DNA from: Ascidiella aspersa
Lineage: Eukaryota
Assembly (NCBI GenBank): GCA_963924565.1
Contig: OZ004614.1
Span: 8,308,001 to 8,372,000 of the forward strand
DNA length: 64,000 nucleotides
Reading direction: 5' to 3'
The stretch's first letter is position 1. The number at the start of each line of letters is the position of its first letter. Below, piece by piece: positions 1-14,700 of this stretch. The notes under the pieces were generated by a model that was not told the origin of the DNA, made no database searches, and saw only the letters and a list, made by a program, of their open reading frames with translations. A program made the translations under genes and the position numbers.

Positions 1-2190
1 ATTTGGCTCATGGGACTCGGCAAATACCGTAGTAGATCCGCCTTAAAGACTGTTTGTACGTAAAAAATAGATGGATTGGCAAATAAACGCAACTTTCTTA
101 TCAAACGTTGCTATAAATTTTTTTTTTATGATTTTTATGATTTTTATAATTTTTTTCATTTTTTTGCCCTTGTGATATGTAATTTTACTTTCTATTTTTA
201 AAGAAAGGTTCGTGGATCATTAAAAAAATATCCTCAATGCTTTTATGAAAACTTCTAGTAAATTTACTGTACTGCTGATCTATAGTACAGTGGAGTTGTA
301 CGTACAGAAAAGTAAAATACAGCAGTTATGAATGCTATGAACGGTCCTCTTCCTGCTTCACCACTTATAGTCATTACGTAGCTCAGTTGTAACACAATTT
401 AAGCGATATGTTCAAAGTCGCGGGTTCGTATCTTATATCGTTGGCTTGGAATCACCATAAAGTTTCAAAACAAAACAAAATTCAATTCATAAACAAAAAT
501 ACTAATACAATGCAAGAAACATATACTTAAAATCGAGTCTGACTTTTTTGGGCCGCGAGCATGATAACGTTAGCAAATTACATCTATCCGGATTGATTTG
601 CCTGATTTTTCTGTAACCCCACCGCAGTTTGCCCCAAAAAGTTCAAAACAAACGATCGAAGCGGAATATTATGCAAATTTTATATTTTGACTTCAAATGT
701 AAAGTTTTTTTTTTAAATATGGTCTATCCCAGTGGCTGTGAAACATTTCACAAATTGTTACGTGGCAGATCCTTTCGTAGTTATTTAAATGATTCGCGGT
801 TCTTATAAAAAAAATATAAAAATACTTTGACAAGGAAAAGCGTCAAATAAATACGTAAAAACAATATTAAAAGCAACTTTTATTGCTTTAGTTTGTTGAT
901 TTGGATTTATTTGATTCGATTCATTTCATAGACCTTTTATGGGTTAGGTTTGCGACTAAAACCTTTACATTCGCGGACCCCTATTTTTTACGAACACCAA
1001 TAGGTCTGATAGGATTTTTTTGTCGGGGGTCTACGGCATCTATCACAGTCTCGCGGCACACCAATTCATGAACACTTTTTGGCTAAGTTGCTTGTTTATA
1101 AAACAATAAAATATCTAGTTAGGTACTGTCCACGACAAGTTGAGAGTATTGAATTTGCCATTACGCGGCAAAATGGTTATAGTTAAGTACCATATTATTT
1201 TGTAAATCAGGGGGTATATACTGTGTTTTCCTTGGTACAGAACATTCGAAACACAAAAAAATATAAACTAACTCTGCTATTATTCTATATTTTATTGTAA
1301 TTTTTTGGTCAAAGAGGTCGCATTGAAATCGCAAGGGTAAATTTGGAACCTAATAAAATACTTATTTTGTAGCTATACTAAATTAGAAGTTTTGGGTATG
1401 GGTATATAGTCTATCATAACGCTTACGAATTAGTAATTTAACGACAAAGCAAGGCCTATATAGCTATAAGAATCAAGAACGAACCAGCTATAGTTGCCAA
1501 AACAGTTGTCATTTGTATCAATATGTCATCGCTTTAAATTTTTACAAATAAAAATCAATGGAAGAAAAATGTATTTCTGTTCTTTCCTTGTACTATTTAT
1601 CTTAGTTTGAAGCCATACACAATTACACATGCTTTGTGGTTCAAAGTGTTAATTTCGCGGACTCAACGTTAGAACGCCGATTAAACTGGTGAATTGGTAT
1701 AAATATAGTGTAATGTCACCTAAAAATACCGGGTGGTAACCAAAAAACAAGTGTTATTCGTTTATTTATATGCGATCGCTTTAAACCAGGCCTACAAACT
1801 TAAAATGGTACGAGGACCGCAACAACAAAAAACAATTACGCGAGTCGCATACTAAAGTTGAAATGGCAATTCGTTTGGGATGACGTTACAAAGCAACGCC
1901 ATTACATGATTTCATAAAGCAATTAATCCTAAAAACACCTGTTTTCTCGAGCGACCTTATGCGCAATTGTGAAGCTGAATAGCAATCTAATCGCAAAAAG
2001 CGCGAAAAAATTATCTTTATTTGGTTTAAACCGACAAAACTTTAGAATTTAAAGATGGCGTATAAAGCACATAAAAAAAAGAGTTTACGTAGCGGTTCTT
2101 GAAGTTTTTTTTAATGATTCCCGGTTAACAAGGAAAAATGCCAGAACATTAGTAGTGTACCGATATGGAAAAAAGAAAAAAAAGAAAAAT
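1..2190 (+). repeat. Segmental duplicate of the first-intron block (copies at about 5620-7800, 41684-45340, fragments 38460-39855)
   Basis: Window base 1 aligns to 41684 (ATTTGGCTCATGGGACTCGGCAA); collinear similarity over about 2 kb. Confidence 0.88.
370..445 (+). mobile_element. tRNA-derived SINE head or tRNA relic
   Basis: A-box TAGCTCAGTTGT and B-box GGTTCGTATC; duplicated at 42023-42098. Confidence 0.55.
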
Positions 2191-2532
2191 CTCATAATAG
2201 TAACTAACATATATCGCGAAATTAATTTAGTTGGGTCATTTTGGTTTGCTTTATTCCATTTTTTTACTTATGTTGGTTAGATTTGGGTTTACGATTTGAA
2301 TATTTTATTCCCGGAACCCCCAAAACTTTTCAAGGAGACCAATTGGTCGACCTTACTTTGTGAGACGCTGAACAAGTTTGAAAACCATACATTTAATAAT
2401 TGGTCGATACCCATGGCTTATTAGCCACATTGGACATACCATCATTTAAAGCCTCGTGCAAATCGAATATACCGCTGTTTTATTTTTTCTTCCTTACTAG
2501 TTTATTTTTTCCATTGCAACTTCTAGTTTGCG

Positions 2533-2539
2533 TATAAAA
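2533..2539 (+). promoter_or_regulatory. TATA box of paralogue 1 leader
   Basis: TATAAAA with Inr-like CCAGTT/TCATTT 20-35 nt downstream; conserved at 36972. Confidence 0.55.
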
Positions 2540-2631
2540 GCAAATGCTAGGTACCAGTTGGACTCATTTTCGAGTTTAGTTGCGAGGTGGCAACAACTAT
2601 GCTTTCTACCATGTAACAATTTGTGGTAGAT

Positions 2632-2704
2632 ATGATAAGCCTTGCGATGAATGAAATGATAGCTTGTTTAATATTCCTCGTAGTTTTGTGCTTCGGACAA
2701 ACAG
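2632..2704 (+). CDS. Leader exon of paralogue 1, signal peptide MISLAMNEMIACLIFLVVLCFGQT(G)
   Basis: Hydrophobic core, phase-1 donor ACAG|GTTAGT matching the phase-1 acceptor at 7834; TATA box about 100 nt upstream; homologous exon at 37068-37140. Confidence 0.75.
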
Positions 2705-5700
2705 GTTAGTTTTCTGGTTTTGTTTTTCTCTTAAATACATTTTAACGCTACGACCACCTTCTTAATTTCATCAAGCATTATTTATCATATGTTTGAAAAA
2801 TGTTGTGGTTTGTTTACAATATCTTACAAGGGTCGCAAATATTGGGTTGTCATGTTGACCATACAACCTTATATACTGGCAATGCCCTAAGAGTAATGTT
2901 ACAACAACATTGACATAATCAAATAATCTGTAAGGAAAGTCAAGAAGATATCCTTTCCTATAGTATGTCATGTTTTTCATGTTAGTAAACCCTTTAATTT
3001 TTTACTAATTTTTTATGAATATTTAGAAACAGTTATCTGTGTGTAGTGTACTAGATAACACATGACAATAGGCCGATGACTAGCTATCTCATAGCAGTTG
3101 CGTTACTTTGCCGCCTTGTGAGGTAATATTCCTATAATATTATATTATCGTGCAACCAGTCTGACCTGTAGTAACTTGTTGTTTTGACGTGACTTTGTAG
3201 CTATTCGACATAAACGACGTAAACGATGTTAAAGTGCGCATCAGCAGTTTTTGCTGTACACGTTTATTGGTTTGCCAGCCCAAAATAGCAATGAGGGATA
3301 TCTGAATTAAAAGTTTGTGACACACTAGAGCAGACGTGGGTAACATACGGCCCGCGGGCCGGATTCGCCCGGTCCGCCAAGCAGTTTATTCCAGCCCGCG
3401 GCTTAATTTCCTTAAAATACATAGGCTAAGCCAAAACAAGGGCGAGTTTCTACATGTTTGGTTTATCGTAAACACTCTTTCCAGGGACGCATCTTGTCAC
3501 GAACCCACCAAATTCGATTTTTAGTCTTTTTTAAATACTAAAACTGAAATTGTTTTCGCGCTTCGCGAGAATCTCTTCTGTCTTTCTCGTATATTTTTGG
3601 CAACTTTACAGACAAATAGCGTCCTCTGCACTGTGGCACTCTCTCAATGAAAGTTGAACAAACTTAGCCTAATACTTATATATTTTTAGCGCATCGAAAG
3701 TAATCCGTCTATAAAATATGAGCGAAATACCAAACGTTTTCTAAACGAAAATATTTTTTGTTAACCTAATTTAGTTAATGCGATGTTGTGTGTTTTTCAT
3801 GATTTACATCGTTTTGCAATATGGCCGTTGTACCGCAAGTAACACATCGGTAACTTCAAGCTTTTAAATTTTTTTTGTATGAAATTTTTTCGTATTTGAA
3901 TTTTAACTTTTGGGTCAAAGTGCCCAACAACTTGATAAACGCCAATAAATCAACCAATGTACTATTTTTGTCTGTTTATATTGCTTCACGTTCCCCTCTT
4001 AATCTAAATTAAACTTTGCATTTTAAAACAAATAAGTCGAAATTTTTTCGCGTTTCCACGTCTTGTGGCTTTAAATTGGACTTAAATTGCACATTTTCGC
4101 ATAACTTCAAACGTAATATAACAAATTTGTTAGCCTGCTGACGTCATATTGCGTGCGAAAGAGTTTCTGACGTCATATTGCGTGTATTTCAGATCCATTT
4201 ATGACACGGACCGCCATAACATAAGTTTCTCCTGCGGCCCGCGCCTAAAAATAATTACCCACTCCTGCACTAGAGCAAAATATGGTATGCAACAGTGCCC
4301 TACAGCAATTTCAAAAGCCTGCAACTGAATGTTTTGTGGTGTGGGTCAAAAACCAAAGCACACCGCGGGCCACATATTTTTGTTCCGCGGGCCGCATTTG
4401 GAATAGTAACTTGGGCTACTTAACCAGTGAACTTATTAAACTACGATCATATTTAGTTCAAACGGCAGAGTTTAAACAGTTTAAAAACTATATGGAATTT
4501 AGACCTGATCCGTTAGAAATTAGTGCAGTTCTAAGCAAGAAGGTCTACAACAATTAGGGCATCCAAAAGACAAAAAGTCTGACTTTTAGACTTTGAAGTC
4601 TCAAACGATGTACTAATTTGACTTAACAAATCTGCATAAGAAGATGAAGTTTAATAATACTTGACCTACCATAACCCAAACGATAACCAGCACCCTAACT
4701 CAAATATTGTGCGTTGATTTAAAAATTACAAAAACGCTTTAGGTCCCAATGCATCAATGTGTGACATCTTCTGCCCCCAGAGTTTGAGCTTTTTACCCAG
4801 AGTTCTAATAATTATTAAATGTTTGCGTTTGAGTTCAGATAGGTCGAGTATTATTATTTCTATCTCACATTTTCTTATCTTTTGTGAACACTTTTTAGCG
4901 AATATTGTCAAAATATCTATTCCAGAAGTTTAACTATAGGTCCAATAAGTGCATTGCCACGACCTCAAGGTGTAAAAGTCAGACTTTTCTACCCTTGGAT
5001 GCCCTAGTTGTCGTAGACCTATTTGCTGATCGGGGTGGAATTTTGGGTATCGCTTCTCAACATTTCTAAATACCAAAATCTCAGTGAAAAAGCGATTTCC
5101 ATCCTTGTCGCATGCCAACGTCATACCTTTGCGAGCAAAGATTTCTTGCTCTTGTTGAAATTAAAACCAAAAAAGAGACTTTATCAAGGATGTTTATCCG
5201 CTTATGATAGGAGCACTCGAAAAGTCTACTGCCTCGGTTCGCACATGCTGACTGAAAAATTTCAACATCAGCAACGCTCGCATTAAATGACTGATGAAAT
5301 TTTGTATTTTAATAAAGATATTCTACGGATTCCCTATACTTGCAGCCCTGCGTATCCTTATTCCGATTAGGATTACTACAGATTCGGTGTATTGCGTGGA
5401 CTGGGGTGTATAGGCTTTGAGTAAACGTAAAAAGGGCCTACCATTCCGAAAAAGGTTAAGAAGCACCGCCTCAGACTACGACAAGTAACAGTTAGCCAAA
5501 AGCCGATCTAAACTTAGGTCGGTGTGCAGCAAAGTAGTTTTAGAGTTGCAGCAGTATAGTAAATTAAACATTATTATGTAACAACTGGTTGCCGCCATCG
5601 AAACGTTACAAAAATACATATAGGCTATCCAAATTGATTGCCTTAGTTTTTACAAAAGGGTGACGCGCAGTATTATGCAATTTTATATTTTAACTTCAAC

Positions 5701-8700
5701 TTTTAAGTGTATGGAATGGATTAGTCCATTGGTTCTAAAACATTTGCGAAAATTGTTACGTGGCAGACTCGCTTGCAGTTATTTTAATTATTCGCGTTTC
5801 GTTGGAATAAATATAACTTGACAAAAGAAAAGCGTCAAATAAATACGTGTAAAAAAGAATAAAAGCGACATATTTTGCTTTAGTTTGTTAAGGGTTCATT
5901 TTATTTTATTTATTTCATTTACCTATTTTGGGTTAGGTTTGCGACTAAAAGCTTTACATTCGCAGACCCCTAAAATTTTCACGAACAATAATAATTTTTT
6001 TGGTTTTTTAATAAATAAAATGGCGAAAAAAGCACAAGGAAAACAAAACAAAGAAAAGCTTTCAGGCAGCTAACGACCATTTAAGGAAGTTCGCACAGAA
6101 GATAACATCGCGAAAAAGCGTAACATAGTCGGGCACTTTCGGCATATTTGCATTGATAAATTACATCTCTTGCACATAAATAGCCACATATCAAAAATGT
6201 TTTGCACGGTTCATCTTTGTGCACTCCGAAGAGTAATTGCTCGGGGGAAAAATACACGGGAATTTTTTTGTCGCATCTAGCACAGTCTGGAGGCACAAAA
6301 GTTCATGAACACTTGTTTTTACAAACGTTGTTTGTTTATAAAACAATAAAATATCTAGTTAGGTACTGTCCACAGTCCACACCAAAGTTGAGAGTATTGG
6401 ATTCGGCATTACGCGGTAAAATGATTATAGTTAAGTACCATTTTATTTTGTAAACCAGTGGATATTCTCGGGGTTTTCTATGATACAGAACGTTGCAAAC
6501 ATAAAAAATGTAAAATTTACTCGGTTATTGTTCTATATTTTATGGTCATTTTTTAGTCAAAGAGATCGCATTGAAATTGCAAGAAAATACTTCGATATTT
6601 TGTAGCGATATTAAATTGGAAGTTTTCTGTTGGTCATCATAACGCTTAAGATTTAGTACTTTACCAAAAAGTACTTTACCCAAATAGTTTGAGGTAATGT
6701 AAATAGCATCTTTCTTTGCAATATTTATATTAGTTTGAAGCCATACTCATACTATTTGGTTCAAAGTGAAAAAAACGAAATTTCGCGGACTCAACGTTAG
6801 AACCCGATTAACTTGTGAATTGGTATTAATTATAGTGTAATGTCACTTTTTGGTAGATCGGACAACATAACGCGATTTTTTGTATTAACAGAGTAAAGTT
6901 GGCAAAAAAATATAGGTTGGGTACCTTGGCCTGGCGACCCCCTACCCTGGTGACCCCTTTTTAATTTGTGATAATGTTTTTACAAGAACAGACTACTCCA
7001 CGTACTCTGGCCTGGCAAAAATTATTCACACGTTTATCCATTATATTTGACCGTTATTTAACTAATTATAAAATGAGGCTCGCGAGTGGAAAAGTTTGCC
7101 AAGCCCTGATTGGTCTGTCATTTAACTATTATACGCCTACAATCACTTCTACTATTATTAACAGTTATGTATGATCACGCAATACACAAGCAAGTCCGCA
7201 CTGATTAAAATATAAAGCTATTATCTGAAAAATGTTTATCACATCTTGTGGGAACCCATTGATAGGTTGCGCGGCCAATGCGTGGTCGATTTGCAGGTCG
7301 GCTTCATCAAACCTACAGTATAAACATATTGAAACTGTAACAGAACATTTATTCCTGTTAATTCGAGTTTACGCATAAAACATCATTCTTTGTACTGTTT
7401 ATCCCAGTTTTAAACCATACAAATGATGATTTTTTAAACGTTGTTTTTTAATAGTTTAATGGTAAACGTTAAAGTTAAACCCGATATGATCGGTCATTTT
7501 AAAATTCCACCTTACAAAATAATTTTTAAGATTTTTTTGTCATCTTCGTATCTCTTAAAAAATGTCCAAAATCATATAAAAACAATTTTTGCATATTGCG
7601 GTCTCATGAGTAATAAAAGACGCACCTCTATGCGTATAACACGCTCAACTTGTGTGAAGCTTTTATCTGGGCATTAGTTATTTCAACAATATTCTCAATA
7701 GCGCGAACAGGTTCGCTAATTAAATTTTACTTGGGCAATTTAAGGAAAAATAAGTTGAAAATTAGAATACCAATTCAGAATAACTCTATGACAATGGTTA
7801 GGTAAGGTCCGTAACAAACATTTCGTTTTCAAGGTTCAACAACATGCTTGGGAAGGAACTTCGTACTTTCAAGCCACAAGGTAAATCAAGCAACTGCCAA
7901 GTCAGCTTGCATTGCTGGAGGCGGAGGTGGTAACTTGGCAAGTATTCCTGACGAAGCAACACAAAAGCACCTCAGCACTCTCGCAAGTAGCAAGGTTGGA
8001 AACGGGTGGACTGGAGGTAGCCATGTTTGTAAGTAAAATAAGTGAAACTGTGTTTTCAAATGAACAAGGTAATTGTGTATTAGTAGTATATATTAGTAAT
8101 AAATAAATATTTATCAGATGCTTTCATCGGCGGAGAGCGTACTGGAAACAATTTTAATTGGCCTGACGGAACTATATTCTCAACCTTCTCATCAGGCGCG
8201 TTTGTTTTATGGTTTGTATTTAGAAAAGTTTTATGTTCGGTTTACATTTTGAACCTCCCCAACAAATCCTTATACGCTTATGCAACGCGCTTTATTACTA
8301 TTTAACAATTTTAATTCGACCCATATGAATTGTATTTCGTTAATGGAATATTTAATAAGTATAATTTTGCATTTGAAACTATTCTTGACACAAATAAATT
8401 TAGAACGTTTTTAAGCAATTTAAATGTAGAACAATAATAATAACAAATTAGCTACTTATATCAATTATTAGGTTTTTGGTATGTCAACATATAGTTATTT
8501 GTTTCCGGTCGCAACCGCTCTACGACTTAATGAGTAAACAGTTGCATTACATACCGTTGTTTGAAAGTAGGAAGCACCTGGTCTACACCCGGATACAACG
8601 GATGGTTAATGTCAGGTAATCCTTCAGGCTTTGGCCAATGTATGGTGTTTACTGGAACACGATCCGGCTCAGCAGGCAGCTATACTTACACTTGGAAGTG

Positions 8701-11700
8701 GGGAGATGCATTTTGTACTGGCACATTCTACTACCTATGTGAACATCAGGGTAAATTTTAATGGTTTGATTTGCAGCTTGAAACCTAAATGAAGTATAAT
8801 CCTTTGCATTGAAATTTTGAAATTTTATTGACACTCTTAACAAATGGTATACAGCAACTTTTTTTTCAACTGTGCTTCGTCAGGTCAAATTAGGGATGAA
8901 AATGACGAGAACAAGCAAATAAGCGCTAGTGCGTGACGCTTATGGAAATAGCAAGTTGTAACAGTTCTATTCGATTGCGTTAACTGATACATACCACTGA
9001 AATGTAGTTAGGTCTGTGTGCAACCACAGTTTCTTATACAACTTTTTGTTATACAGTATGATGTGCTATTTAACCCAACTCATGATTTAACTTAGTGTTA
9101 ATAGAATCACATTTCTTTTATGATGTATTGTTTACTACTTTTTTTTTTCATTGCGCACTTGCGTTTCTAAATCGCTTGGTTAATCGAGTTATTCTCACTT
9201 TGACGTGATGGAACTCGGTTGAACAAAAATTTGTCTAAATAAAAATAAACCTTATCTCAAAGGATATCGTATTTTCCCAAAGGATATCAAATTTTTTCTG
9301 TCGAACTAAATAACATTTTGAAACGACCTCACTTTCGATTGTTTAAACGCAGTACCCCTCAACTTAAAAGTGATGTCACCAACCAGCACACCTACATTGG
9401 GAGGCAGTTTGACATTCACAGGAACTATCTCTGACTTTTACAACGAACCTCTTAATGTGGTTGTTGCTCATGGTGGGACGAGTACCAACGTAACAAGCAA
9501 TTTACATGGAACGAGCTTTACTTACGTGATCAACTCTGTCGCATTGTCACATAACGGTGATTTCGTTTTTACTGCGAGCAACAGTGCTGGCACTTGCTCC
9601 GTTGTGGAGACAGTGAAGCTTTTACCTGGTAGGTGATGTTCTGTATAACTTATTTCTATTGTCTAATTTATTATAGATATTCTACGTGAAATGAGCTATG
9701 GCGTCTTTACCTCTTTCTTTTTTCAATAAAAGAAGACGATGATTACTTTAATTAAGAGATGCTCAATTAGAACACAAAACTAGCACTGACAGTAATATGT
9801 CCTCCAGGAATTAAATCGAAAACCTTTGTTATGTTTTTAAATGACAAAAATGGCCTAATTTTGCCTTTCGTCCTCTTTAGTAGGGAAGCTTGCCTTTCTT
9901 CCTCTGTAGTGGGAAAACTATGGGCCAAACAACCTTTCTGGCATGTATGTTTATTTTGACGTTTTATTTTGATTTTTTGCCCTGTCCAGCTTAATTTTGG
10001 TGTGTGACCTCCGCCTAGTTTGACCTTTGAACCTTAGCGTACGCTTTTTGAGTACGCTTTTTAATTTTAAGTACGCTTTTTAATTTCATGACTTATATTT
10101 TGTAAGGTTATTACCATTTATAGCATTGATGGCGTCATAGTCAAAACATTAGTTTTTTCGATTAAAGAAATTAAATAAATGTTGTGTGTGAAAGAGTTTT
10201 AAATGTTCAATTGTGTTTTTTTGTTTCCCTCATGTGTGTCACTAGTTCAATTTTGCCTAAAGAGCTATGGTTGGGTTTTTGCACTTGCCTTGAAAATGTA
10301 AATCCAATTCACTAAGATTTACTAACTGCATATATAGTTATAAGGAACCATAATTTTTGTGTAATATAAACGAAAAGGTTTTTCTGAACAGAAAATTACT
10401 ACAATGTGGACATTTTGAACACACTATAGGATCGCTAAATAGTTTAAAGTATTAGTACGTTAATCGACATGTTTATTTGTGTGGACTGTGGGTGTACGAT
10501 TTACCTATAGCTTATTTAGTACCAAACACATAGAACAGTGTTTCTCAATCTCTTTGAGCGGCGACTCAGATAGCGTAAGTATAACAGCCGCGATTTGGCC
10601 ACCCAATTTTTACTAAGACCTTTGTAAGCGACCTAAACATCATGACAAATAAGTAAATAAGCTAGAAATTAGTTTTACACGAGCCATATTTTCATATTGC
10701 TTCCAACACTGTTTGAAATATAGGCGTAATCTTGCTCAGAACCACTCTCAATAAATTTAACAAAGTAAAACCGAATCAGGAATTTTTTGGGTCACAACCC
10801 AATGGTTTAAAATCACTGATACAGCAAAAGGTTATCCGTAACTCGATAGTAATTACAAAATGATATAATGCCTACTTGTTTTATTACTTTGCCTCCTGGT
10901 TTTTTTAATTTTATCAAAAAATGTTGTTGCTCCAAAAAAAACTCAGTCACCCTAAAATTTAAATTTCCTCATTAGTTAGCCGAGTGGTGGCCCTCTTTAA
11001 GAACCACTGCGTTTAAGGGACATCAGTGACCAAGTGTTGGAACCAAAATCGTTTTAAAAACTCCTCCTTTAAAATAAGCAGTTATGTAAAAAAAACTTCT
11101 TGCTTAAGAATATATACTTTACGCACATAGGTTGTTTTTTGCATAATGTATAGCTATTTTGTGCAATTTATTGTGTTATTTCGGTTCTCCACCGCAGAAT
11201 TTAACGTAAATCTAATTGTTATTATTTTACACATACCTTTACTTCAGTAGTTTCCCAGCGTTTTAATTCTATGCAAAGAGATATTTTATACTTTTTTGAG
11301 ATTTTATGATTTTTGATTCAATAGGCATCAGGAATCAGGAACATACTATAATGGTCAATTCGTACTAATATGCAGCGCAATATATCCGTATATCCGCTAT
11401 TGTGACGTAACACATATAGTTTCGACGGTACTGCTGACACAAGGAAGCAGCTCCAATGTTTAACGATATACATAAAGTTCAGAAGACATCACATGTCGAG
11501 GTATTTCAAACTTGGATGAAATCTATGAGCGTATTATTAAGAAGCAAAACTCGAACGCCAATTATTTGGAAGAAAAGGCTTAAACTGTTAGTATAGTTAC
11601 GGAGATTTAAGAAATTTTAAACAGATAAAATACTTAGGACAGCTCTTGATTTTAGATTTTCGTCTGTTTTATAAAGTGTTTACTGGATAGGGTGTTATTA

Positions 11701-14700
11701 TGAACAATTATGAAACTATGTGTAATTTGAGAAAATCTGAGATTTTTAACGTTGAATTTCAAGAGTAGCAAATTTCTTAGGTTTATTTGTTTTAAGGCGT
11801 CAGTAAAGGTGGCGTAATCGTTGTTTTGTGTTCTGTATCAGGGATGGCGAACCTTTTCATTTCGTAAGTCACAAACAGGACCTTAATCCTTACAAAATGC
11901 ACAAGTGGGTCATATATTTAATTATAAGCTAATTTTATGCGAAACTTTTCTGCTGCGTTGTTTTAATTGTTATTGTCTGGGTTGGTAATTCAAGGTTTTT
12001 AGACGATTTTCAATTCGGATTTCCACAAATATTTAGAACCTAAATAGTAAACAAATGCTACAGCACTTTTTTATGGGATTACAGGAGGTTAGCAAAAATA
12101 CTTACAGCATGGTTTAACCAGGGTCTTCAGAATTTTTAGTCTGCCTTGCTCTTGATTTCCCTGAAAGGATCGCCACCCTTTACATTCCACAGCTGTTTTT
12201 AGTTGTCTGTATTTTTGCACGCATTTGTTATAGTGCAGTTTTGTAGGCCTACTCGTCAACCCTAAAACACTTTTGCAGGACCCACAGATTGGGTAGACCT
12301 GATTTACTGTATATAGTGCTTTTTTTACATTTATCTATTGCTGAAAATGATTGATAACATTTCGGTATTTCTAATCTAGAGAGACACACAAATGGGTCAT
12401 AAAAAATCTGTGGTGGGTCACTTAGTGACCCGCGAGTCAGTGGTTTGACATCCCTGTTCTGTAGGATGCCTAAGTCATAAAATGATAAAAAACTGTTTGA
12501 AAAAGTAAAAAAAGAAAAAAAATATATTAGGCATGCAAATGAAAAAATATTTACAAAAGCAAGTTTAAGCATTTCTAAATTTCCGTTTATTGGACCTAGA
12601 ACCGTATTGTAAGTGGCGGATGAATTGACGTTTTTAAGCGTTGCAAGAAACCCATGAAAAATATTTTAATCCTATTTGATTTGAGAGGACTGGATGTGCA
12701 AGCAAAAAATAAAAACATGACAATTTAAAGTTTAAACTATTTAGCTGGAACCTTAACTCGTGCGAGATAAATGGTTAGAAATGTGCGCAATTAAACTTAT
12801 TTCTAATTTGAAAAAGTGATTGTTAACACCTGTTTGAAGTGATATTGTAAATATATAAATTCATTTTTTAAGCAAAAAAATCGTCATTTTCCAGATAGTG
12901 TAACATAAAAAAGTATTTTTTTTATACATGTAGCAGGGACTTTCATAACAGATATTATGCGTTAGTGTTCCTGATCGTTTAAAAGTGCTATTTATTTACT
13001 ATTTAATTAATTACTCCCTTCTCCGTAATTAATTACTCCCTTCTCCGTAAATATATTAAATCTATAGAAAATATAAGTATCTTATAAAATTATGTTTAGA
13101 TAACAAGCAGTCAGTCCAGACTTGAATTAAATTAATATGGGCTTTCACAACGAATATTATGTGCTGCTTTTAATGTTGGTTTACGTTTTTTCTGATTTAA
13201 TTGCCAGGCTCTTCCGCATTACATCTCACATCGACTATACTGACGTTAAGCATTAACGCAGTGACATCGGTGACATGTACGTGTTCTGGTTATCACCAAC
13301 CTCAATGTAGATGGTTCAGGTGAGGTGGTTTATTGCCCATAAATTAACCTTTGCCGACATATTTAACTTACGGAAAGGTTTTGCAACATGTTTACAAGTC
13401 GCTGGAAAAAAACAACTCAGAAAGGTATCAGCGTGGCGTCATTAATGTTAACTGACAATTATAATCTCAAAATTTGAAACGTGTTGTTTTTCAGCATTTT
13501 ATTTTAACAACTGTTTGCGCCAAATTTTTATGTAATTGAAAATAGGTCTATTTTAGAAAAAAGTTTGCGCGAATCAAGAAAAATGGCCTTTATTTGATTT
13601 AAAATTTGAGTGAACAGAACGTCATACATAATTACTCTAACGGTGCATTAAAATCGCAAGAAAACGCGATAAATAGAATGGTTAAACTAGTTTATGGTAT
13701 ATTTGAATAAGGCTGTTGAATTTTCGTTTGATGTTTGAAAAGACACAATAAATTCTTGCGAAACTTAATAAAAAGCATTTATATATACTACAAGTGGGCA
13801 AAACTTTCTTTTTGATAATTCCAGGGTATGCATGGCACATTTAGGACTAAAAGATTTTTTAAAAACACAACAAACATTTGATGTAAAAAATATTCGTGTT
13901 AAGTGCGAAATGTTTGGCGTTTAAGTTGTTAAAATAATAAAAAGGAGAAATTGCCTCGTGTCTAGTTGTAAAAGAAGTGGCTGGGTAAAAGATGTACTTT
14001 GGCAGGTCATTTAGCCTACATTGGCGGATTTATTTACATTGTTGGATTCGGCCTTTCAATATTTAATTGTTTCATTTGCGACCTAAAAGAGGACTGTTAT
14101 CTCTGTAACAAAAAATGAGTGAAATAATAAATTTTGTAAACAATAAACTTATTATTAGGTTTGTAATAGATATGTTTGAAATGTGATAAACCAGTTTAGC
14201 GTTTTTAATACTTTTATACATTAAAATAAAGACAAAAGTAAACTATTTTATTTCCATATGCTGTTGATTACTTGTTCAAAATCAAAGCGGTGAAAATTAT
14301 ATTCCTAACAAAATGACACCCAAAATCGATTGATGAAAAACCTAACTGAAGCGAACATTTCTTTAAATAAAAAAATATCTTTGTTAAGGAACAACGCTGA
14401 GGTATCTTCAAATTCTTCAACTGCAGTTTACCAAGTAGCAACTACAACAAGCGGAGGATCAACTGGCAATTCTGTTCTTCACATCAGAATCAACCACGAC
14501 GCTGGAAACGGGGGATTGTACGAATGTAGGACGACCAACTGGGCGGGAAGTGGCGTGAAAATCAAGACTTTAACAATCCGTGGTAGGTATAGTTACTTCA
14601 AAGAACATAGCAATTTTTTATATTATTAAACGACATTCTACTTTTTATTCGGACAAATGAATGGCCAATCTAACGTGTAACTAAAAGATTCGCCTTAAAC

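Noticed and set aside
370-445. Functional tRNA genes at 370, 29478 and 42023
   Set aside because: A/B boxes are present but stems and anticodon arms are broken; treated as SINE heads or relics.
12249-12572. 107-aa hydrophobic minus-strand ORF
   Set aside because: Overlaps a MITE end and A-rich sequence; no motif support.
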